Shown here: positions 51,442 to 61,290 of the stretch, one piece after another | Layout: each line of letters opens with the position of its first letter | How positions within the stretch are numbered: the first letter of the stretch is position 1 | Assembly (NCBI GenBank): GCA_001938485.1 | Contig: MQRK01255000.1 | Coordinates: 1-61,290, forward strand | Source of the DNA: Girardia tigrina | Taxonomy: Eukaryota | DNA: 61,290 nucleotides | Reading direction: 5' to 3' | Program-made: the position numbers and the translations under genes | Notes under the pieces: generated by a model | Databases searched by the model: none | Told to the model about the DNA's origin: nothing | Seen by the model: the letters and a program-made list of their open reading frames with translations, nothing else

Positions 51442-52875
51442 ATAATTTGTTCTATTCTTTTTAAAGCTCAATACAACCTCCATTTGTTAAGAAAAAAATT
51501 CTTTTTTGTTTTTGATGGAAACTCCTAAAAAGTTCTTTAACAAATTAAAATATGCAATGTAATCAAACAATGTAATCAGTAAATTTTGTCTTGGAATATT
51601 GACTGAACTGTACTCTTTTTAGTATCCACGGAAAAGTTAATACATTTGTGAAGGCCAATGAAAACTGTTCCATTTAATCGAGAAATTCTTATTTTGGGTT
51701 TTCTATCTATGAGGAACTTTTAGCTATTATGTATTCAGACAAATTTAGAACATCAGCATCAAAAGAATTAACGACTTGAAATATTTATGGATTTGAAGAG
51801 AATGCTTAACAATTGAGAATTTTGAAGGTGGACAAAAAGTTTTCTTTAAATTCTAATAGTCTGATATAAGGTAATTTATTATTTGGGGATAAAGGTCTCT
51901 GAAGCCTGTAACATATATAATTTTTGGAAAAATTTTCTATTAAAAATGATACATTTAGTTTGTTTGAAAAGGTTGTACAAAGATCCAACCGATTTGAGAT
52001 ATTTTGAATGAATCTTATGGTCCGAATAGCCAACCAAGACTTGTACCTCCTTGTGATGCACGGGGTACGTTATGTCTTAACAAAAAGAAGACTATCTATA
52101 TTTAAATTAAATATCAATTTTTATACTTGTGTGTTCTTTCTTATTTAATTATTTATTATTTGATTTCGGCAACAGTTTGGTAAGGAATTATTTTATTTTT
52201 AATTTTTAGATTAGACCTTCGAAGTCAGACTTCAGTTCATTAATCTACTAAATCAAAGTATTTTCAGTTCAATGAGTAATTAGAAGAAATATTCAAATCT
52301 ACTGAAGATGTTTTAGACACATCAAATTACGAAATTTTAAGACGGAAGTTACCATAACATTGTTTTTGATGTCGCTAGCCATTCTGGTAAGGTTACATGG
52401 CCTTTGTGTGAGCTAGAATGTTTTAAAATTTTAATACCAATTATTTAATTCATCGAATATTATGATATAACCATCTGTTAAAATTCTATTACAATTCGGC
52501 AAATGTGATTTCTATCTTTTGATAAGACGCAGATGCTTCTATTATTTCTCGGTTTCCACCTATATATTTCTAAAGTCGTCGTCACTTTCATTTTGGTTAC
52601 CTAAAAAGTCTGAACTAAAATGCACTGCATCTTTTCATGTATCTTGTCTTTCCACCACAAATATTTACAGAATATATTAATATCATTCGTTTCATCATGT
52701 TAGATTTTTAAATAATTGTGATCTTTATTTCTTCTATATGGGATTTACTAATGATAAATTGAGTAATTTTTAATCAGTTGCTTTAGATCTGCGAATCTCA
52801 ACTTTATTTCTTTGTAATCTACAATGAAGTTTAGGTAAATTAGTAACAAAATTTGATCAGGTAATATTTGATATA

Positions 52876-53170
52876 CAGGGTGATCATAAAGTAACTAGCG
52901 GGTTTTAAACTGCAATAACTTTTTTTGGCAAAACATTTTGAAAAAATGGTTTTAAATAACAAAAAAACATTTTTTAAAATTTAATGATATTCAACAGAAT
53001 AACCATCGACATCAATACAATGTTTAAGACTTAATGGCATTTTGGCACATTTCACCATCTATTTTTGCCACTTCTTGACAAATAAAATCTTTAAGTTGCT
53101 GAATTGTTTCTGGTTTTCTCTTATACACTTCATTTTTCAAATACTCCCACACAAAAAATATTTGTCAAGT
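52876..53170 (-). mobile_element. Tc1/mariner (rosa/DD41D-like) 3' end fragment
   Basis: TA plus CAGGGTG terminus; YFLWEYLKNEVYKRKPETIQQLK on the minus strand. Confidence 0.7.
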
Positions 53171-53398
53171 CTTTAGTTGTTATTTAATATATTATTGTTG
53201 GTTATTTTTCTTTTTATAAATTAATAGATAAAAGCTCAAATTTTATTTTTAATGTTTATTTTTAAATGTTAATAGTAGAACATGAAATGGTTTCGGAAAT
53301 TTTATTTAAGAATAATATGAGTAATTTTAGTATTTTTGATATTTTTCTACGAGAATAAATGCTTTGGAATTAATTTGGTATAATTTTCTCGGTTTAAC

Positions 53399-53558
53399 AG
53401 GGATTAACTGTCGCGGTATTAGGAGTCTCGATATTAAGTATCTCAGGGATTAACTGTCGTTGGGATTAACTATCGTGGTATTAAATGTCGCGGTATTAAC
53501 TGTCGTAGGTATTAAGTGTCGGTGATTAACTGTCGCAGAATTAAGTGTCCGTACACCG
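53399..53558. repeat. Tandem array of ~16-bp GGTATTAACTGTCG-like units (probable Mutator/foldback subterminal repeat)
   Basis: About 10 degenerate adjacent units ending in TGTCCGTACACCG. Confidence 0.75.
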
Positions 53559-54954
53559 TATCGATGAAAACGTAACAACATTCAAACGGTGAACAAAGGC
53601 CGTCGCAATAATTTTATTTCAAAAAAAGTGTACATTTATATTATTAAAACTATTGTTAATTAATTTTCTCGATTGTTTGACCGGAGCACCACAATTATGT
53701 TCAGTAATTAAATGATACATGTATTGCGTTTTTATGTAATTTAATTTTGTATTATATATATTTTTTAATACGTTTATATTAGGGTTTCTCATTTCCCAGC
53801 AAATTGTGTTTCCCGGAAACGAGAATATTTTGAAGATATTTCCGGGATTCCCGAATACCGTGATTTTGATATTTTTATGAATAAAAATATAGTAGGAAGC
53901 TGTCTACATAAAAAAAAATATTTTTTTATTATTCAAAATTCATTTATTTATCAATTTAAACTAGTTTAATTATTAAATAAAAAAACAATGAATTACGTAT
54001 CAGTATTTTTAATTTAATTAATTTGCACCATGTTCTTACGACATACCTTCAAATGTTGCATTTTCGTTTTTTTAAAAAAATATTTTTTTCATTTTAGATA
54101 TTTTAAAATATATTATTATATTGTTATTTTTCATTTATGTTATACTTTATTCTTTTATAAATTTATATCTCCTTTAAGATCTTATTATAATTTTTTTTAA
54201 TTTTGTGAAATCTATTTAACATATATTTGACATCTGTGTACACACCTGCATAAATAGAAAACATGAATTTCGCTGGTTATTTTATTTTTAAATGTTATTG
54301 TAATGACCTCAAAAAGACTTGAAAGATCGTGGAAGCAACAATTACAAAAATTCGTCCCCATTATTATGATTTATCTAATTATTTAATTATGTAATTTCCA
54401 AAATAACAAAAATTATCGTTTATATTGTATTTTGTGGCAAACTTTCCTGTTTCGTCACTAGAATCTCAAGTGATACAATTAATCTTCTATTTTTCTATCT
54501 CACTTCTGACACCTTTTTGTTGTAATACGCATATTTTTAAAAAAAAGTATGAGAAAGCGATCTCTATTTGACTAAATTGTTCTTGAATGTACTTCCTGAT
54601 TATTTATTTGATATAAAAATTATAAACATAAAATAAGAATATAATAATATCAACAAATTTAAATATAATGAGTGTTTGAATGGATCACAGAAATAATGGA
54701 AAGAGACAAAGATGAGATGGAATTATACAGAATAATAATTTCTTACGTTTGGTTTTTAAATGAGAATGGTAGCCAGTAAGGATGGTCGAGTTAATTGTGA
54801 GGCTGAGGATATTATAATCGTATTAGAAGTGGAATTCGCATCCTGAGTAATGCGATTGTAAGAAAAATTCTGAATGTTGTAAGTTTGATGTTTGTATGCT
54901 GTTTTGATTGGTGACTCTTAGATGGGATTGATATGTTATTGATTAATTATTTAA

Positions 54955-55182
54955 CCCTTTCCAGCCCAAATTATTATTTTTGAATAAAAATTATTTTTTA
55001 TTGTTGTTTTGTTTCTAGAAACAAGCGAGAATCGCGCTTTTTTACATTCTAATATATGTAGTGTCATCTATTAGATTTCTTAGAAACTATTACTATGTGT
55101 AAAATTTAAATTGGATAAAAGAGATAACTATAATTTAATTTTTCAAATATATTGCCAAATGGCAACAATGGGCTGGAAAGGG
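54955..55182. mobile_element. piggyBac-like MITE (228 bp)
   Basis: TTAA TSD on both sides; perfect TIR CCCTTTCCAGCCCA. Confidence 0.9.
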
Positions 55183-55459
55183 TTAAATCTAATAAGATTA
55201 ATGTTTAAATATTAATTAATTCAAAATTTTTATAATTATAAGTTTTAATAATATTTTTTAGTAAAACGATTTTAACTTATTGAATTTAATATAATTTAAA
55301 AACTAATGTTTATTTTAAAATTTACTTATTGTATTTTTATCCAATAAAATTTTGAAAAATTAAAAATAATATTATTTTTATCTCATTAATTAATTAAGGA
55401 TTTAAATATNNNNNNNNNNNNNNNNNNNNNNNNNNNNNNNNNNNNNNNNNNNNNNNNNN

Positions 55460-55490
<31 letters not shown>
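55460..55490. repeat. (TA)n microsatellite at gap edge
   Basis: Directly visible. Confidence 0.9.
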
Positions 55491-55495
<5 letters not shown>

Positions 55496-55789
55496 AAAAT
55501 ATATTAATCAAGAACGATGTTTTTCACTGATTGTGCTACTGAAAATGAGTGTTTGTGTTGTTAATTAATGTTTTCACGCAAATTGTGATGTTACTAATAA
55601 ACATAATAGCAATAAATATATAAGAATTATAAAAATAAAATAAATAAAAACACACAAAGTATAAAATTGAACAAAAAAATAGTTTAAAATAGTTACCTGA
55701 ATATTTAATTTTAATGAATATTTAACTCGACCAAAACCTACGAATACAACCCTTCCAGTCAATCCCTAACGCAACACACCTAGGTTCAA

Positions 55790-56000
55790 AGGCCACCTAC
55801 CAGCTGATGCGGATCAAAGTCATCTAGCCTCTTATATGCAAGGACATCACGCTGTGGTGTCGCACCTGCTTCTTATGCCAAAAAACAAGGTTACAAGACA
55901 TACAAAACCGCTCTCTTTGACCTATCCCACTGGTACTACGTTTGACAAGGTGCACATGGACATCGGTGGGCCACTACCTGTGTCACAGGTAGAAATTTAC
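55790..56000 (+). mobile_element. Gypsy integrase fragment
   Basis: WCRTC..CQK (shifted frame), KVTRHTK, FDKVHMDIGGPLPVSQ. Confidence 0.7.
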
Positions 56001-57200
56001 GTCAGTGTGCTCATCTTTTTTTCGCATTACTATTAATACTAGATGCGTTTATCTGTTGAAGCAACGATTAATGTATATAATGTACGAGAACTTGAAGAAA
56101 ACTTATGAGAAGTTGCAAACAGACGGCTCGAACCGTTGATACCGTAACGAATCAAAAGGGGATTCTCGTGTTTTCCTCAAAATCAATGCGATTCCGGACC
56201 GATCTTTGTCGGTTTAATTTGCTGGCCTGGTTGAAGCAGTCTCCAACAAACTGAGGACTTCGACTGCTGCCGATCCGGCCGTCTTCTGTGACATTGTCGG
56301 ACACGAAGATATGATGACTTATGCAACAGTCGGCACGAGCTCTTCGACTGTCTGGAGACGACGAGGCTTCATGCAATCGAGTGGTTCGACAAACAGCTAA
56401 TGGGAGCAGTGGGCTGGAGCATATAGGGAAATATGAAAAAATAATCAAATGCATAAGTTATAAATCCAAAATATTTATTATTTCGTTTGAAATAAGGGAA
56501 ATTTATGGAAACTTAATAATTAAACCAACTAGTTTTTATATAAATAAAATATATAATTAAGTTATGATAAATAGGAATAATATATGTGAAGATAATTAGA
56601 TGTATATAAGTATTTATAATAACATATTTCTATTTATAATTATAATATATTAATGGATCACAAGTATTCTTAATAAAAATCTCCTGTGTTTTAATATTCA
56701 GAAAATTTGTAATAGATTCAAATTATTGTCTAATTTGTTATTAAAAATAAATGTTGGAAAATTCTTATAATACATAATATTTAATACTTATTTCTTTATT
56801 TCTATTTTTCCCTTCTTTTTCTATATCTATATTATGCCTTACTTTCGTATCATTTTTTTCACGTGTCCAACCACATTTTGCAATTTTAACTCACTTCCAT
56901 TGATTCTATCGAGCTGAAATTTTCAGGGTAGTTGTTTTTTTACTATACGTATCGATAGAACTATCTTTCCAAATCATCTGTAACTACTCGATCAAACAAA
57001 AATTAACAAAACAAATTATATCACAATTTTTGTCTCACCAATCGATAAAAATCGACAAGTAAAAAATCGTTTAATTAAATGAATTAGTCATTATATTTAG
57101 TGCTCTCAATAGAAAGAAGGGTTTTTTTAATTTTTTGAAAGTGTTATATTTTTTTTCTACGTGTTACTTTTGCTAAATAATAAAATTTAAAAGTGCTAAT

Positions 57201-58131
57201 TGTAATTTAATGGATGAATTCTAATTTGTTTGAATAATATGGTTTTTGTACATCGAAAAAATCATCTTATTTTACAAGCTATCGCGGTTATAAAAGATAT
57301 CAGTAATTTGAAGAAATTGGATGGTGGGGAGGACGTCGAACGTTGGATCGACAGATTCGAGTTTACCATCGAGGTAGACGGGCTAATGGAAAAAGAAATC
57401 TCATGCTTGGTCATGCTGTTGGACAGGCCGCCATACGACACGTGGAAGGGTTTATCGCTGGATCAACAGAGAAATGCCAAGGAAATCAAAAGTGAGTTTG
57501 CGCCGAGTGTTTGGTCTGGGTAGATTTGACACATGGCTGTTGCTTGATCAAAAGAAGATTCTCCCGGCTGTCTACCGGGAGAGTCTACGGTTTTTAAATA
57601 AATGGAGAGTCAAGCAAAGGTGCACCGCAGCCTATCGGCATCAATGGAATGGGATGTGCGAGAGAAATCACCGCACCATTAAGAAAATGGCGGTGAGATC
57701 TGCAAAGTCGATCAGCGAATGTGTGTTTTGGTACAACAGTATGACGGGTCACCGGGATACCGGAATACTTATGAATTGATATTCCATGCCAAGTCTCGAC
57801 TGCCAATGATTCGAGATGAGCGTCAGGTTGAATGCAAATTCATCTCGGAGTGCATCTCGAATGATGAGTGTGACGCTACAGAGAAAAATCCGTTCAGCAT
57901 GTTTCCGCTCATAGAATAGATATTTCTTTCATATTTCCTTTAATATTTCCGTTCATAGAAAATCCGTTCAGAGAATGTTTATTTGAGAGTCGGCGGGAAA
58001 TGCAATGAACCATGGACGGGACCGCATGCAATTACATTGTTGAAGTCTGCAGTAGTGTAATTTAATGGATGAATTCTAATTTGTTTGAATAATATAGTTT
58101 TTGTAAATCGAAAACATCATCTTATTTTACA
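57201..58131 (+). mobile_element. Miniature LTR element (931 bp; gag fragment fused to integrase fragment)
   Basis: 76-bp TG...CA LTRs (57201-57276, 58056-58131; 3 mismatches); perfect CTAAT TSD; EDVERWIDRFE (gag), AYRHQWNGMCERNHRTIKKMA (integrase). Confidence 0.92.
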
Positions 58132-59136
58132 CTAATAAAATTGAACCTTCCAAAGAACTTTCCATCCTAAGAAGTTATTTTAGTGTATGAATTGTAGCTT
58201 TTAAAATTACATTATTATTGTACATTTTACGTCGGATTAACAAATGGAATTCACGATTTTATGTTAAAGTAAGTGTTCTAGTCTCAGATATTTTAAACCA
58301 CAAGAAGAGTTTGTTAACAATTACGACAGGAAGTGTTCATAATAAATTAATAAAAATAGATATGTCGTTTTAAATTTTAGACAATTTTCGTAAACAATTT
58401 TAATAAATTAATTAATGAAATATACCGTAAAAAATTTATAGTTATACATTTATTTTCAATTATTATTTATATTATAAAAATATAGCATAAACCTTGAGAG
58501 TACTGAGTGGGAGGTTTTGATTTTAAAATTTGTTTATAGAATTTATTCTTAATTTTTTTATATCTTTATTTGAATTATACTGATGTTAATAAACTCGCAA
58601 ATGTTTAATCTACATTAATGGAAGTTCTTCGTTTTAAATTTTAAGAATATCTAGTTTTACAAAGATGAACTTTCTCATTAGGGTCACCAAAGACATCCTT
58701 CATTGTAAGGATAATTATTATTATGAGGATTTAGTTAAAAATTCATCTCGCCGTAAGATTTATTTAGAAAATTCAAATTTAATATTATAATTTAAAAAAT
58801 TAAAAAAACAAACTAAATTCAATAATCCCAAAACCATGTATAAAATTTATATGAAAAAGGGCAATTTAAAATCACAAAATACTATCGTATAATCCATCAA
58901 AACATTGGCATAGAAATATAAAAATTAAAAAAGATATTTAAAAAATTCTAAAAATGAATAAATCAAAAATTCAAAATGTTAAATAACTGTTTAATTAAAT
59001 ACAACAAAATAAATATAAAAAAAATTTGAAAATATTATTTAAAATAATTAAAAGTATTAACAACATCAAAAATAAATGCGCGAAAATTATTTGCGCCGAA
59101 ATCGCTAGAATTCAAAAATAAAATCTTATTTTTCTA

Positions 59137-59962
59137 TTGGGTTGAGGAATAATTCGTGAGCGTTTTTTCAAGTTAAAAAAATATATTCATAAATGAAACG
59201 CTTTTCCAAAATATTTTGTGTCATTTGGTCATCATTTTGGTCATTTTTTGCTCTAATAGATGGTGTGCTTGATTTTCATATTTCTTTAATTTTGCTTTCA
59301 TTTTCAGCTCATTAAATGGAATGTCAAGTGGACAAAATCGAGCATTTTCGACACAATCTGCTTTTCGCATTTAATCGAGGTGTTAACGCCGCCAAAGCTG
59401 CTTGTGAGATCTGTTCTGTGTATGTCAATGGAGCAATACCTGAAAGTACCACCCGCCGTTGGTTTTCGCGTTTAAAAATGGGAATTTTGATCTGAAGGAC
59501 GGACGACACACTGGTCGACCAACTGTGTTTAATGAAGAGCAATTGAATCAGCTTCTTCACGAAAATCCACGTCAAACGATTAGAGAATTAGTGGAGCAGA
59601 TGGATTGTGATCAAAAAGCTGTGGTGAACCACCTTCATTCAATGGGCAAGGTTCAGAAACTCGGCGCTTGGGTGCCACACTTTTTGTGCGAAAAGAATAG
59701 AAATCAGTGCATCACAATTGCCGCCAGTTTGCTTGCTCGACATCGCTCAACACATGGTCACAAGGAGCGCTTTCTTAACCGCATCGTCACTGGCGATGAA
59801 AAATGGTGCCTGCACATTTAATATGAAGCAGCGTAAAGAATGGCTCAGCCCCGACAAAAAAGCGACTCCTCGAGCAAAACAAAACCTCCATTCTCGAAAG
59901 ACTATGTTGTGTGTATGGTGGGACTCGGAAGGGATGGAGGTTTTGTTTATTCCTCAACCCAA
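59137..59962 (+). mobile_element. mariner deletion derivative
   Basis: TA-flanked TIRs TTGGGTTGAGGAATAA; WVPHFL, RIVTGDEKWC, MLCVWWD; 3' half deleted. Confidence 0.9.
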
Positions 59963-60039
59963 TAGATGAATCCTAGTTTAATCAACATACGGCAAATCTT
60001 AGGATCGCCCCGGGCGCCAATAACAGTTGCTAATCAAAT

Positions 60040-60243
60040 GCTTACAGCCCAGAACTAAATCCGATAGAAGATTTTTTTCTATGATAAAATTCCGGTATCA
60101 TGCTATTAGATTAAGTCAGCCCGAGAATAATATCGTAGATGCAATCGACCAAGTTTTAATGTCGAGGATTTTTCTACTGAATGTGCTGGTTTCTATCGTA
60201 ACATGAGACGTTGGGTTGAGTTAGCACGCCAAAAACAACAATT
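60040..60243 (+). mobile_element. IS630/Tc1-like DDE transposase C-terminal fragment
   Basis: YSPELNPIEDFFSMIK translated from about 60042. Confidence 0.65.
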
Positions 60244-60245
60244 TA

Positions 60246-61175
60246 CTTAGGCTGTCTAATAAGTTTCCGGAATATGTCATGCACACACACATGCATACAT
60301 GTACACACGTAAATATTGTATTAGAATGAAGCCACCAATCAGCTGCTTTGGCCAATCATAGAGTCACATACTTATCTGCTCTCTTCTCATTGTGACAGGT
60401 GCACCGTTGACACGTTATGGATTTACAGAAAGAACATTTTCGTGCATACATCTACTTAGAAATGCTACGGGGACGTAAACCATGTGAAATATATAAGCAG
60501 CTGCAAGATACTAATCTGAATGTTCCTTCACAGACAACTGTATTCGAGTGGTACAAACAATTTAAAGAGGGAAGACAATCCCTTGTTGATTATCCAAGAT
60601 GCGGCCGCCCAACCAAATCTTCAACCGCTGAAAATGTGCAGATTATCAAAGCGATTGTGGATGAAGAACCAAGGACATCTCTTAGAGCAGTGAGTGAATC
60701 GATTGGCCTGTCTAAAGATACTGTTAGACAGATTTTCACAAATCAGCTTGAATTGCGAAAGATTTGTTCGACATGGATTCCACATCACCTCTCCGAAGCA
60801 AACAAACGGGACAGGATTTTGTGTGCACAAAGTATCATCGCCTTATTTGAAAACCATTCCATCGATTATCTGTTACACCATTGGACGACAGAGGATGAGA
60901 GTTGGTTTCTGTATGAAACAGCAGAATCAGGTATGGCGTCATCGAGGACAACCAAAACTCACTGTTGTCTGCCCGAAGCTTACAAACAAGAAAACTCTTC
61001 TCTTGCTGGCATTCACTGGTGACCAAAAGATAAGTACTAACATTTGACATTACTGGAGAGACTGTGAACTCAGAGCGTTATATGGAATTTGTTCGTTCAA
61101 CTGGGGAAAAATGGCGACATGTTCGCAGATATCCCAAAAAGCTCACGGAATTGTTGTGGCAACACGATAACGCAT
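60246..61175 (+). mobile_element. mariner transposon, 3'-truncated
   Basis: ORF 60417-61022 (TVFEWYKQFKEGR, PRCGRP, TWIPHHL, TEDESWF), then WQHDNA near 61160 and an abrupt end. Confidence 0.85.
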
Positions 61176-61290
61176 GTAAAGTAACTACTTTACTTTCCCG
61201 ATTGTGCAACAGTTGGTTGATGATATCACATCAACCCGAACTATATTGCACAAAAGAAGGTCAAATTGCGCAAATGCAATTCGATGACGC

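Noticed and set aside
53399-53558. CRISPR-like array
   Set aside because: Units are adjacent and degenerate with no unique spacers; no cas genes; eukaryotic context.

Overview
AT-rich eukaryotic DNA with four assembly gaps. The 41-52-nt introns mixed with multi-kb TE-filled introns suggest an invertebrate animal, possibly a planarian (inference only). The main host feature is a minus-strand, roughly 14-exon RasGAP gene of the SynGAP/DAB2IP/RASAL2 (gap-2/raskol) family at 19648-48011 (PH-C2-GAP-coiled coil). I reconstructed it by hand from phase-compatible GT-AG junctions; the minimal model is 752 aa and the post-GAP link is uncertain. A second, unidentified minus-strand multi-exon gene lies around 8.8-10.4 kb and possibly extends to 19 kb. 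The rest is mostly transposon remnants: piggyBac, several mariners, maT, pogo, hAT, MITEs and short-LTR retrotransposons. The most notable unannotated feature is a 404-bp non-coding insertion (45105-45508) nested in a pogo transposase. Its 5' end folds into an essentially complete HDV-like self-cleaving ribozyme whose predicted cut site coincides with the element boundary, suggesting a ribozyme-headed, probably RTE-mobilised short retroposon. Also notable are a ~240-bp-arm intronic inverted repeat, an intron-containing piggyBac transposase and a duplicated FLR-motif exon fragment. All calls are by eye; no searches were run.
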